Shown piece after piece: positions 1 to 9,208 of a DNA stretch of 32,000 bases (the first letter of the stretch is position 1; the number at the start of each line of letters is the position of its first letter). Made by a program: the position numbers and the translations under genes. The notes below the pieces were generated by a model. That model did not search any database. It saw only the letters and a program-made list of their open reading frames with translations, and was not told the origin of the DNA. The stretch is from Candidatus Saganbacteria bacterium. GTDB lineage: Bacteria; Margulisbacteria; WOR-1; JAKLHX01. The stretch spans positions 54,082 through 86,081 of the forward strand of contig JAPLKZ010000011.1 in assembly GCA_026387835.1 (NCBI GenBank), given 5' to 3'.

Positions 1-447
1 TGTGAGCGAGCTCGACATCATCATACTGCAGTAATTTCTAATATGGACAGCGGGTATGCCGCTGTATTTAGAAAACAAGGCTCCGGAAAATGCCACGTTC
101 GAGTCGCCATGCAATAAAATGATGTCCGTATCGGAGCCCGACAAAACCGAATTAAGATTTTTTAATGTCCCGCTGACCAATGATGCCTGAGATATTGCGC
201 GGCCGCCTAAATGAAAATCCCTGTCAAAATCTTTTATACCGAAAAGGCGCAAATATGATTCAATCCCGGTATCTGTACCGGAATTGATCAGGGTCATCTG
301 AAACATCCCGGGATTCTTTCTTGCGGCCGCAATTACCGGTCCGAGGCCGATCACATCCCGCCTTGACCCCATGACCGCGCTGATCCTTATCGGTCTAGGA
401 GCGACAAGGCTGACCGGCAGATTTTTCGATGCAAAATGTGTTCCCAT
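1..447 (-). CDS. UDP-N-acetylglucosamine 2-epimerase-like (WecB family) protein, partial at left window edge, divergent
   Basis: Not in the ORF track. Translated by hand from the ATG at 447 on the minus strand: MGTHFASKNLPVSLVAPRPIRISAVMGSRRDVIGLGPVIAAARKNPGMFQMTLINSGTDTGIESYLRLFGIKDFDRDFHL...SGSDTDIILLHGDSNVAFSGALFSKYSGIPAVHIRNYCSM... The layout matches WecB: VMGTRPExIKLAPVI, LFGI, the VHGDTxTxxAxxLAxxxxGIPVxHxEAG region. Confidence 0.6.
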   Translation of the reverse strand, partial: MGTHFASKNLPVSLVAPRPIRISAVMGSRRDVIGLGPVIAAARKNPGMFQMTLINSGTDTGIESYLRLFGIKDFDRDFHLGGRAISQASLVSGTLKNLNSVLSGSDTDIILLHGDSNVAFSGALFSKYSGIPAVHIRNYCSMMMSSSLT

Positions 448-599
448 ATTTAATTCGCGCTTCCATTAGTTTATCGTCACATTTACCACGAAATTTCACT
501 TATTATTAATATATTTAAAATCGACGGCAAATATGAGAAGCCGATATTTTTCGGCGGAATTTTACGGCAGAGGACAATTTGCGCTAAACATATTTATTT

Positions 600-1340
600 T
601 TACCGCCTATTACTTGCTTTTTTCAAACCTTTATGTTGTTTTACTGTTGTTAAGATGCTCATCAGCATTTTATAGCCGTCATTCAACGGATTTACTTTTG
701 AGTGTATATCGTTATCCCATGATACCGGCGATTCCGTGATCTTAAATCCCAGCTTGTGAGCGATATAAAGGACCTCGACATCAAACCCCCAGCCGTTCAC
801 GGTCTGCCGCGCGAAAACTTCTTTTACTGCCAGCCGAGTTAAACATTTGAAACCGCATTGCGTGTCGCGGATGTTGAGCCCGGTCGCAAATATCGCGGTC
901 TCACTGAAAAGCCAGTCTAAAAGTTCCCTGTAAAAAGGCTGGTGACGTAAAATGTTTGACTGCGGCAGCATCCTTGAACCGATCACGATGTCGGACCCGG
1001 CATCAAAACACGGGATAAAATTTTGCATCTCGCCTATCTTGGTCGCATTGTCCGCGTCCATGAAAAGCGCAAGATCGCTTTTTGTCCGGAGCATGCCCTC
1101 CCTGACAGAAAATCCCTTCCCCATATTGGACCTGGGCCCCGTGATCTGCACGCGGCCGCTTCCCGCGAAGGAAGAGACGATGTCGGATGTCCTGTCAGTG
1201 CTGCCGTCGTCGACTACCAATATATCGGCAATGCTTAACCCCGCGCATGAAAAGCCGAGGATACTTTCGATGGTCGGGCCTATACGTTTTGCCTCGTTGA
1301 ATGCCGGGATAACGACAGAGAGAGAAAATGACCTGTCCAT
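600..1340 (-). CDS. Family 2 glycosyltransferase, dolichyl/polyprenyl-phosphate beta-glucosyltransferase-like
   Basis: LSVVIPAFNEAKRIGPTIESIL, ILVVDDGSTDRTSDIV, NMGKGFSVREGM, FMDADNATKI, FKCLTRLAVKEVF and GWGFDVEVLYIAHKLG are GT2 motifs. The ORF opens at 1445, but MDRSFSLSVVIP (1340) is the more natural start. Confidence 0.85.
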   Translation of the reverse strand: MDRSFSLSVVIPAFNEAKRIGPTIESILGFSCAGLSIADILVVDDGSTDRTSDIVSSFAGSGRVQITGPRSNMGKGFSVREGMLRTKSDLALFMDADNATKIGEMQNFIPCFDAGSDIVIGSRMLPQSNILRHQPFYRELLDWLFSETAIFATGLNIRDTQCGFKCLTRLAVKEVFARQTVNGWGFDVEVLYIAHKLGFKITESPVSWDNDIHSKVNPLNDGYKMLMSILTTVKQHKGLKKASNRR

Positions 1341-1564
1341 CGGCTTTGCCACTGCAGGTCCGGGAATTTGCGCAGGACGAAATCCGGTCAATGCCGACCT
1401 TATGCGAACAGACAGATGTTTTTCGCTATTTACCGATAATCCCATATTAATATCTTTACAAACAACAGCTCGGGCTTCCCATGCTTATTGCTTGTTCCCA
1501 TCTGCATAGTTGTCGCCGGTATTTTAAGGAAATTTCACCCATTTTGCTAAGGCGTTATAGTAAA

Positions 1565-3760
1565 ATGTCATTAATGAGACCGATCGACCTCAATGGTCAG
1601 TGGCAGTTCATAAAAGACCCGAAAGACATCGGCGAGAGTGAAGGTTATTTCAGGTCCCCGCAAAAATTCAAAAAAGCCAAAAAGATCAGTGTCCCGTCAA
1701 ACTGGGAGACCGCTGGGATAGAAAACTACAGCGGGACTGTGTGGTTTTACAGAGAAATCGATAAGGTGGATATTTCTGATGATGAAGACGCGATCCTCCA
1801 TTTCATGGGAGCGGACTATTTTTGTAAAGTCTGGCTGAACGGAGAATATTTAGGGGAACACGAAGGATATTTTCAGCCGTTTGAATTCGATGTTGCGGAC
1901 AAGGCCGGCAAAAAAACCAAAAACATTCTGATCGTAAAAGTATCTTCGCCTGCGGAAAAGACAGGAAAGGACGATTGGCCGCACAAAAAAAAACTTATCA
2001 AGGGAGTATTTGGCCATCACGATGTCAGGCCAGGGGCCTGGTCTGAAAAGCTTGGGCAGTCCCATGGTACCGGAGGTATATGGAACGATGTCTCTATTTC
2101 AATACTTCCGAAGGTAAGGATCTCAGGAATAAAAGTCAGTCCGGTACTTAAAGATAATTATAAAACTGCCGAATTAGACGTTGAAATATTTATTGAAAAT
2201 AAGTCAAATAACGATATTTCTGCAAAGGTTGAGTTAGAAATATCCTACTGGCTTTTGACGTCCGACAAACAGCCTTCGCCCGTAAAAAAAATTGAACTGG
2301 ACGCCGCCGTACTGCCGGGTGTAAATGTCTGCAAGACAAAAATTGAGATAAGAAATCCGTTCTTATGGTGGCCGTGGGACCACGGCGAGCAGAACCTGTA
2401 TGTAATGAACGCAAAACTGTTTGTCCCGTCCGCCGGACAGCCGGTATCGGAGGCCGTCCAGAGGTTCGGGATCAGGGAAATAAAGATATCGGAAAAAGAT
2501 AAAGGATGGATACTCAACGGCAGAAAAATATTTATCAGGGGATCGAACATCATCCCCGAGGAATATCTTTCTACTTATACGGCTGAACGCATAAAAAAGG
2601 ATGTCGGGATCATCAAGGACGCGAACTGCAATGCGGTAAGGGTCCATGCTCATATAAACAGGAAGGAATTATATGACGCGCTTGACGAGGCCGGAATAAT
2701 GGTATGGCAGGATTTTCCGCTCCAGTGGGAATACGTGGACACCCGGGAATTCATCGAAGAAGCGTGCAGGCAGATAAAAGACATGGTAAATCTTCTTCAC
2801 AATAATCCGTGTGTCATGCTCTGGTGCTGCCACAATGAACCGGTCGTCACGGGAAAGGCCATCGATTCCGCCCTGTATCAGGCCGTGAAAGAAGAAGACC
2901 GGACAAGAATAACAATAAAGGCGTCCGATTTTCACGAGCACCCGTATCCCGGATGGTTCTGGGGGCACTACCGGTATTATTTCGCTCTTCCCGGCAAGCC
3001 TTTCCCGACGGAATTCGGCGCGCAGGCGCTGCCCGGGATCGATACATTAAAAAAAATGTTCGAAAAAAAGGATCTCTGGCCGCCAAAATGGGGCATATGG
3101 GCGTACAGGGATTTTGTCTACGAGCAGACGTTCCATATCGCCGGCGTCAGACGCGGTAAAAGCATAAATGAATTCATAAAAAACAGCCAGGCTTACCAGT
3201 CCGGCCTGATAAAATACGCGGTCGAAAGATACCGCCAGCACAAAGGAAGCGAGATATCCGGAATGTTCCATTTCATGCTGCTCGAGCCGTGGCCGGCCGT
3301 CTCATACTCAGTGACGGACTATTTCAGGAACCCCAAAAAAGGTTTTTTCACTCTTAAGACATGTTTCCAGCCGGTGCTTGTCATCGCGTCGCTCCAGAGG
3401 AGGACTTTCGGGCCGGGGAACAGGATCGAAGGCCAGTTCTGGGTCGTGAACGACTATTTCAGGGATTTTTACGGCGCAAAGCTGGCGATCTCCGTCAAAA
3501 GAGGCGGTAAGGTATTAATAAGATATAGTAATGTAATGATAGATATCGAAAGGGACACTTGCAAGGAGATAACAAATATTGTATATTCAAATACAAAAGG
3601 ACTGGAACTGCCTTCATCCGCCAAAGAAGGTCCGTGCGAAATGGTGATGGAGGTTTATGATGCTTTTGGCGCTTTTCTCTCGGCCAATACGGAAGAGCTG
3701 ATCCTGGAAAAAATCCCAAAAGAGATTAAACAGTTCAACGCAGAATTTATATGGGAGTGA
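1565..3760 (+). CDS. Glycoside hydrolase family 2 protein, beta-mannosidase-like, apparently cytoplasmic
   Basis: GH2 sandwich start (RPIDLNGQWQFIKDP), GRKIFIRGSNIIPEE, ANCNAVRVHAHINRKELYDALDEAGIMVWQDFPLQWEY, acid/base motif MLWCCHNEPV and probable nucleophile motif PTEFGAQALPG. No signal peptide. Start could be 1574. Confidence 0.85.
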   Translation: MSLMRPIDLNGQWQFIKDPKDIGESEGYFRSPQKFKKAKKISVPSNWETAGIENYSGTVWFYREIDKVDISDDEDAILHFMGADYFCKVWLNGEYLGEHEGYFQPFEFDVADKAGKKTKNILIVKVSSPAEKTGKDDWPHKKKLIKGVFGHHDVRPGAWSEKLGQSHGTGGIWNDVSISILPKVRISGIKVSPVLKDNYKTAELDVEIFIENKSNNDISAKVELEISYWLLTSDKQPSPVKKIELDAAVLPGVNVCKTKIEIRNPFLWWPWDHGEQNLYVMNAKLFVPSAGQPVSEAVQRFGIREIKISEKDKGWILNGRKIFIRGSNIIPEEYLSTYTAERIKKDVGIIKDANCNAVRVHAHINRKELYDALDEAGIMVWQDFPLQWEYVDTREFIEEACRQIKDMVNLLHNNPCVMLWCCHNEPVVTGKAIDSALYQAVKEEDRTRITIKASDFHEHPYPGWFWGHYRYYFALPGKPFPTEFGAQALPGIDTLKKMFEKKDLWPPKWGIWAYRDFVYEQTFHIAGVRRGKSINEFIKNSQAYQSGLIKYAVERYRQHKGSEISGMFHFMLLEPWPAVSYSVTDYFRNPKKGFFTLKTCFQPVLVIASLQRRTFGPGNRIEGQFWVVNDYFRDFYGAKLAISVKRGGKVLIRYSNVMIDIERDTCKEITNIVYSNTKGLELPSSAKEGPCEMVMEVYDAFGAFLSANTEELILEKIPKEIKQFNAEFIWE

Positions 3761-3764
3761 TTTT

Positions 3765-4700
3765 GTGCAAAAAAATCTCTGGTCGCAGATAGTTAAGTAC
3801 AGGTTCGCCTATTATTTTATTCTGCCGACTTTCATAGGGATGCTGTTCCTTCACATATTTCCGATATTCCAGGCGATCTACATGTCTTTTCTGAGGCTCA
3901 ATCAATTCACTTTAAGCCAGTACCTTATGGCGCCTTTCGTGGGCCTTGAGAACTATTATGAGATCATCGTGAACGCGAACAGCCCGATACGCATCGGACT
4001 GCTGGAAGCGATCAGGAATACGGTGATCTATACGGTCCTGGTCACCATCGGCACCATAGCGGTCGGCATGGTGGTCGCTCTTATGGTGAACAGAAAGTTC
4101 AGAGGAAAAAACATAGTAAGGGCGCTGTTCCTTTTCCCGTGGGTCGTTCCGACATACGTGACCGGCCTTCTGTGGGGGTTCATGTGGCAGAAGGAGATCG
4201 GCGTGATAAACATACTGCTTGTAGACTGGCTCCATCTTTTGCCTTCCAAGCCGTTCTGGCTTCTCGGCCCCAACACTTTGTGGGCGATAATAATACCGAC
4301 GATCTGGCGTTACTGGCCGCTTTCCATGCTCATGCTTCTTGCCGGGATGCAGTCGATACCGGACGAGCTTTACGAAGCGGCGGAGATCGACGGAGCGTCA
4401 GCCTGGAAAAAATTCTGGACGATCACTTTTCCGATGCTGAAACCGGTCTGGGCGATATTGATACTTTTCGGTCTTATATACAACACTTATTCTTTCAATA
4501 TCGTGATAATGATGTTCGGGTTCGGCGCCGGATACCCCGGCGAGTGGGGAGACCTTATGATGACGAACATATTCAGGAATACGTTCCAGCAATGGGCTTT
4601 CGGTGTGGGCGCGGCAGCTTCCGTGCTTTTGATGTTCTTTATGATAATAATCGTCAATTTCTGGTTCAGGTTCTATAAAAAATCAGAGGAAATGATGTAA
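3765..4700 (+). CDS. ABC sugar transporter permease, MalF/UgpA type (CUT1)
   Basis: GTG start 4 nt after the GH2 stop. Multi-TM protein with the inner-membrane permease EAA loop ELYEAAEIDGASAWKKFWTITFPMLKP. Confidence 0.9.
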   Translation: MQKNLWSQIVKYRFAYYFILPTFIGMLFLHIFPIFQAIYMSFLRLNQFTLSQYLMAPFVGLENYYEIIVNANSPIRIGLLEAIRNTVIYTVLVTIGTIAVGMVVALMVNRKFRGKNIVRALFLFPWVVPTYVTGLLWGFMWQKEIGVINILLVDWLHLLPSKPFWLLGPNTLWAIIIPTIWRYWPLSMLMLLAGMQSIPDELYEAAEIDGASAWKKFWTITFPMLKPVWAILILFGLIYNTYSFNIVIMMFGFGAGYPGEWGDLMMTNIFRNTFQQWAFGVGAAASVLLMFFMIIIVNFWFRFYKKSEEMM

Positions 4701-4701
4701 A

Positions 4702-6507
4702 ATGTTCAACTTGCCTTATTACATGAGGCAGCGCATAACAAAAAGAGCTACTGACGTAGTGATGGTAGTCTTTCTGATTATTACCCTTTTTCCTATTTTC
4801 TGGATGGTTTTTTCTTCTTTTAAAAGCAATACCGAGATTCTGCTGGGAAAGATCCCTTTCGGCAGGGCGAGCAACGACGCGGTCTACATGGAACAGAGAG
4901 GGAAAAGCCTCTTTGTGCTCACAGCCGACGGCGGGCTGAATAAATTTGATATCAGCACAAATGAGCTGATAAAACGCGGGTCCATAAAGTCGATGGCCAC
5001 GAGCTATATTACGGATGATGTTAATATCTGGGCCGGCTCTTCCGACAAAGGGCTTGTCCAAATTTCCATGGATGACCTTTCAAAAAAGAGACGTTTTGAT
5101 GCCGATGTCGAAGGGAAAGATATATCAAAAATTGTATCGACATTTCTGCTGCAGGATGAGAATACGATCTATATGGGTTTTCAGCAAAAGGGGGTCGAAA
5201 AACTTTACAAATTTGACAAGCCGACAAGGACTTTTTCCGGTACTATTTCTTTCGGCGGGCCTCTCTCCCCGTGCCAGGCGGCTTCGGCGGTGCTCTTCGG
5301 GGGACAGATATGGATAGGCACGAACAAGGGGCTGATAGTCTGCGACAAAAAGACCGGACAGTCCGTAAAGACCTATAACGGCAACGATCTTGGTATCCCT
5401 CCCGTTGACATCAAAAAAATGGTCCTTTTCAAGGATGAAATACTGCTTTCAACATCTTCGGGGATATTCGGTTTTTCTCCGTCGGCCGGAAAGGTCATAA
5501 AGATATACAACCAAGCATCCGGACTTCTGTCGGACAGGGCCAATAACATTCTTACCGACGGGAACAGGATATTTGCAGGGCTCAACAACGGGCTTTCTAT
5601 AATAGACACTTCTACCGGGAACATTAAAAATATTGAAAGCTTGTTCGTCCCGGTGCAAGGCTCAAACGAAAAAGGTTTCGTGCACGGAGATGTGTTCGGG
5701 ATGGCAAAAACTGAAAAAGGCATCATGCTCGGGTCAAGCGGCGGAAGGATAAGTTTTCTTGGCGCGAACAACGCGCCGTCGCAGACGTTAAAAGCGGGAG
5801 AAGGGCATATCCTTATAAGGTGGAGAAATTATATAGACCTGTGGAAGAATATAAATTTCGCTCTTTATCTCAAGAACTCCATCATAATATGCGGGATAAC
5901 GATGCTGCTCGCGATGATATTCGCGACTCTCGCGGCTTACTCGCTCGCGAGGTTCGATTTCCCCGGGAACAAATTCTTCAGCATCGGGGTCCTGGCCACC
6001 CAGATGATACCGGCGATAATGTATCTCATCCCGATCTATATAATGTTCACAAAATTCACACAATGGACGGGGGTGCCCATGAAAGGGACGTACATGGGCC
6101 TGATAATGATATACAGCGCCTTCTTTATCCCGTTCTCGATATGGATACTGAGAGGATTTTTCGCGGCAATACCAGTCGAACTGGAAGAAGCGGCGCGTAT
6201 CGACGGGGCTTCGCCTTTGCAGGTATTCTGGTATATTGTTCTTCCGCTTGCGGTACCCGGGATAATCGCGACCGGCATATATGTCTTTCTGACGGCTTGG
6301 GACGAGCTGATGTTCGCCTGGGTATTATGCAATGCCGACACCATGACGATACCGGTAGGCATAAGATTGTTCGTCGGTAATTACCAGAACAGGTTCGACC
6401 TTATGATGGCGGCGGCAACGGTCGCGACGATACCCGTGATGGTGCTGTTCTTCATGCTGCAGAAACATATAGTCAAAGGCCTGACGGCAGGCGCAGTTAA
6501 AGGATAA
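4702..6507 (+). CDS. ABC sugar transporter permease, MalG/UgpE type, with a beta-propeller-like domain inserted between TM1 and TM2
   Basis: N-terminal TM1 (TDVVMVVFLIITLFPIFWMVFSSFKSNTEILLGKIPF), then about 320 aa of propeller-like repeats, then canonical MalG (NYIDLWKNINFALYLKNSIIICG...LAAYSLARFDFPG...EEAARIDGASPLQVFWYIVLPLAVPG...). One continuous reading frame. Confidence 0.9.
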   Translation: MFNLPYYMRQRITKRATDVVMVVFLIITLFPIFWMVFSSFKSNTEILLGKIPFGRASNDAVYMEQRGKSLFVLTADGGLNKFDISTNELIKRGSIKSMATSYITDDVNIWAGSSDKGLVQISMDDLSKKRRFDADVEGKDISKIVSTFLLQDENTIYMGFQQKGVEKLYKFDKPTRTFSGTISFGGPLSPCQAASAVLFGGQIWIGTNKGLIVCDKKTGQSVKTYNGNDLGIPPVDIKKMVLFKDEILLSTSSGIFGFSPSAGKVIKIYNQASGLLSDRANNILTDGNRIFAGLNNGLSIIDTSTGNIKNIESLFVPVQGSNEKGFVHGDVFGMAKTEKGIMLGSSGGRISFLGANNAPSQTLKAGEGHILIRWRNYIDLWKNINFALYLKNSIIICGITMLLAMIFATLAAYSLARFDFPGNKFFSIGVLATQMIPAIMYLIPIYIMFTKFTQWTGVPMKGTYMGLIMIYSAFFIPFSIWILRGFFAAIPVELEEAARIDGASPLQVFWYIVLPLAVPGIIATGIYVFLTAWDELMFAWVLCNADTMTIPVGIRLFVGNYQNRFDLMMAAATVATIPVMVLFFMLQKHIVKGLTAGAVKG

Positions 6508-6533
6508 AAGATCAGGGCGCAAATAGAAAGGGG

Positions 6534-8180
6534 ATGATGATGAAGAAATCAGTTCTTGTTTTCATGTCCGCAATTATCTTGTGCGGGGCCGTTTCGGTGG
6601 CCTTGGCACAGGATAAGGTCAGCGCAGCCGTTAATCAGGCGTGTTATTTTGGAATATTCAGGCAAGGTGCTCCCGGAAATATGGGCCTCATAAACAGCCT
6701 TGAAAAAAAGACAGGGAAAAAATTTTCGGTCATCATGTGGTACCAGGATTGGAGCACGACTTTTAATAAAAGCCTCTGCGACAAGGTAGTCAGGAAAGGT
6801 GCAGTGCCGCACATCGTCTGGGAGCCCTGGCTGTGGTCTGACAAAGAAAAGATCAAACTCGGCAATATTTTGGCGGGTGAGTGGGACTCGCATATCAGGC
6901 AGTACGCGCAGGATGTGAGAAACTGGGGAAAACCGATCTTTATCAGATGGGGGCATGAGTTCAATATCGAAGGATATCCGTGGTGTGTCGTCAACAACGG
7001 CAAAGACCCGAAAAAATATGTTGATGCTTTCAGGCACGTGAAAAACATTTTTAATGAAGAAGGCGCCGACAATGCGATGTTCGTCTGGTGCCCGATGAGG
7101 GAATCGTGGCCGCAGGAAAAATGGAATGATATGGAGCTTGCTTATCCCGGGGACGAATATGTCGACTGGATCGGCATAGACGGCTATAACTGGGGCGTCA
7201 CCCAGCCGTGGAGCCAGTGGCAGAGCTTCAAGGAGCTTTTCAGGGATGTCTCAAGGAGCCTCTGGAGGGCGCACCCGACAAAACCGATAATGATAGCCGA
7301 GTTCGCGAGCGCCGACCTGGGCGACGACAAAGCCGGATGGATACTTGATATGAACGAAGAGCTGAAAAAGATGCCCTACATAAAGGCCATTAACTGGTTT
7401 GACGAAAAAAAAGAGGCTGACTGGAGGATCGAAAGCACGCCCAAAACTCTGGCAGCTTTTAAAACTCTGATTAAAGACCCGTATTTTACAGCTTCATCAG
7501 CTGGGATCGCGGATATTAAACAGGCTTTTAAATTCGGGATAGAAAAGAAAAAAGCTGTTGCAAGGTATGCCTCAACATCCGTTAAGATCGATGCGGATAT
7601 ATCTGACTGGATGACCGATTCATTTATGACGATAGATCAGGAATCCCAAATCCAGGAAGGTGCAAATCTATGGAAAAGTCCTTCAGACCTCAGTGCAAAG
7701 GTCTATTTAAAGTGGGACAACGATAACCTTTATATTGCTGCAGATGTTACTGACAAAAACCCGTTGATCAATTCAAAGAAGGGAAAGAATATCTGGAACG
7801 GCGATGCAATAGAAATTTGCCTCGGACTTGATAATTATGAAAGATCAAAACTAGGGGACAAAGATTTTCAGATTGGTTTCAGCAGCGGTAACGGTAAACT
7901 AGTCAGGCCATCAGTATGGATATGGACCAATTCACTTGCACCAGAAAATGCGGATATTGCAGTAGTGAAGACAATCGGCAAAAACGGTTATATACTTGAG
8001 GCAAAATTGCCGTGGGCTGCCATGGGCAGTTTCAGGCCTTCAAACGGTCAGAAGATTGGATTTGACTGTGCTATAGACAGTGCCAGCTTACGCGACAGGG
8101 ACCTTCAGATGGTATGGAACGGGGATTATTATTTCTACAAGGACCCAGGGGTCTGGGGCGAACTGGAATTTGCCAAATAA
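6534..8180 (+). CDS. Secreted GH26 glycoside hydrolase (mannanase/lichenase-like) with C-terminal CBM9-like domain
   Basis: Signal peptide MMMKKSVLVFMSAIILCGAVSVALAQ; IFIRWGHEFNIEGYPW, YPGDEYVDWIGIDGYNWG, KPIMIAEFAS. C-terminus VYLKWDNDNLYIAADVTDKNPLIN...WNGDAIEICLGLDN resembles CBM9. Confidence 0.85.
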   Translation: MMMKKSVLVFMSAIILCGAVSVALAQDKVSAAVNQACYFGIFRQGAPGNMGLINSLEKKTGKKFSVIMWYQDWSTTFNKSLCDKVVRKGAVPHIVWEPWLWSDKEKIKLGNILAGEWDSHIRQYAQDVRNWGKPIFIRWGHEFNIEGYPWCVVNNGKDPKKYVDAFRHVKNIFNEEGADNAMFVWCPMRESWPQEKWNDMELAYPGDEYVDWIGIDGYNWGVTQPWSQWQSFKELFRDVSRSLWRAHPTKPIMIAEFASADLGDDKAGWILDMNEELKKMPYIKAINWFDEKKEADWRIESTPKTLAAFKTLIKDPYFTASSAGIADIKQAFKFGIEKKKAVARYASTSVKIDADISDWMTDSFMTIDQESQIQEGANLWKSPSDLSAKVYLKWDNDNLYIAADVTDKNPLINSKKGKNIWNGDAIEICLGLDNYERSKLGDKDFQIGFSSGNGKLVRPSVWIWTNSLAPENADIAVVKTIGKNGYILEAKLPWAAMGSFRPSNGQKIGFDCAIDSASLRDRDLQMVWNGDYYFYKDPGVWGELEFAK

Positions 8181-9180
8181 CAGATCATTCAGTGTCCTTA
8201 TAATACTGGCCGCATCATTATTTTTGGCCGTACATTCGGGATGCGAGAAATACTCTTCGTCTTCAGATAAGGTCTATGGAAAGATAGCTGCCGACCCTTC
8301 AGGTTGTTATATCGGCGCTTTTGTCACCGGCACCACAAACATCTCCGGTTACGAGAGCGATATCGGGACAAAGCTTGCCTGTGTCATGTGGTACATCAAT
8401 TTTACCCAGGATTTTCCAAAGACGGACTGCGACAGTGTTATTGCCAACGGGAGCATTCCCTGTATAACCTGGGAGCCGTGGAAAGGCGTTATACCGGATG
8501 AAAGCTATTCATTGCAGAACATAATTGACGGGGACTTCGATACTTATATAAATTCATGGGCGGTTTCAGCCAAAAATTTTAAGTACCCGATCTTTGTAAG
8601 GTTCGCGCACGAGATGAACGGGAACTGGTATCCCTGGGACGGATCGCACAACGGAGGATCGTCAGGCGGACCGGCAAAATATATAAGCGCCTGGAGACAT
8701 GTCTATACAATATTCCGTGATGCGGGGGCTGAAAATGTCACGTGGGTGTGGGACGTGAATGCTGACAGCGTGCCGGCGGATGACTGGAACAAGGCCGAGA
8801 ATTATTATCCGGGGGACGCTTATGTCGACTGGATCAGCGTTGACGGCTACAACTGGGGGACTTCATCAGCCGGCACCTCATGGCAGGATTTTGATTCGAT
8901 ATTTCTTTCCGCTTATAATACATTATATGAAGACCATTCCGGAAAGCCTATAATGATCGGGGAAACGGCATCCACCGAAGACGGGGGCAGCAAATCCGAC
9001 TGGATAAAGGACGCTTTTGATAAATTGAGGACGAAATATGCCGGCATCAAATTATTCAACTGGTTCAATATCGATAAAGAAACGGACTGGAGGATACAAT
9101 CGAGCGCTTCGGCAAAACAGGCGATGAAAGATGCGATGACAGGGTCTAAATATTTTATAAGCAAAATTCCGCTGAATTAA
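8170..9180 (+). CDS. GH26 glycoside hydrolase, predicted lipoprotein
   Basis: IFVRFAHEMNGNWYPWDG, YPGDAYVDWISVDGYNWG, KPIMIGETAS. The in-frame TTG at 8170 gives MPNNRSFSVLIILAASLFLAVHSGCEKYSSSS, a lipobox-type signal peptide. The track start (8080) lies inside the upstream gene and is unlikely. Confidence 0.82.
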   Translation: MPNNRSFSVLIILAASLFLAVHSGCEKYSSSSDKVYGKIAADPSGCYIGAFVTGTTNISGYESDIGTKLACVMWYINFTQDFPKTDCDSVIANGSIPCITWEPWKGVIPDESYSLQNIIDGDFDTYINSWAVSAKNFKYPIFVRFAHEMNGNWYPWDGSHNGGSSGGPAKYISAWRHVYTIFRDAGAENVTWVWDVNADSVPADDWNKAENYYPGDAYVDWISVDGYNWGTSSAGTSWQDFDSIFLSAYNTLYEDHSGKPIMIGETASTEDGGSKSDWIKDAFDKLRTKYAGIKLFNWFNIDKETDWRIQSSASAKQAMKDAMTGSKYFISKIPLN

Positions 9181-9208
9181 AGATATATATAAAATGAGTG
9201 AAATCCCG

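Noticed and set aside
952-1509. 185-aa plus-strand ORF opposite the glycosyltransferase
   Set aside because: The minus strand carries a full set of GT2 motifs; the plus ORF shows none.
4139-4678. 179-aa plus-strand ORF overlapping the MalF-like permease
   Set aside because: Out of frame with a clear permease containing the EAA loop; Arg/His/Asp-rich shadow translation.
5820-6380. 186-aa plus-strand ORF overlapping the MalG C-terminal half
   Set aside because: Alternative frame of the canonical permease core; low-complexity basic/acidic composition.
8080-8169. Track start of the second GH26 (MPAYATGTFRWYGTGIIIS...)
   Set aside because: It lies inside the CBM9-like tail of the first GH26 and puts the signal peptide internally; the TTG at 8170 yields a proper lipoprotein signal.
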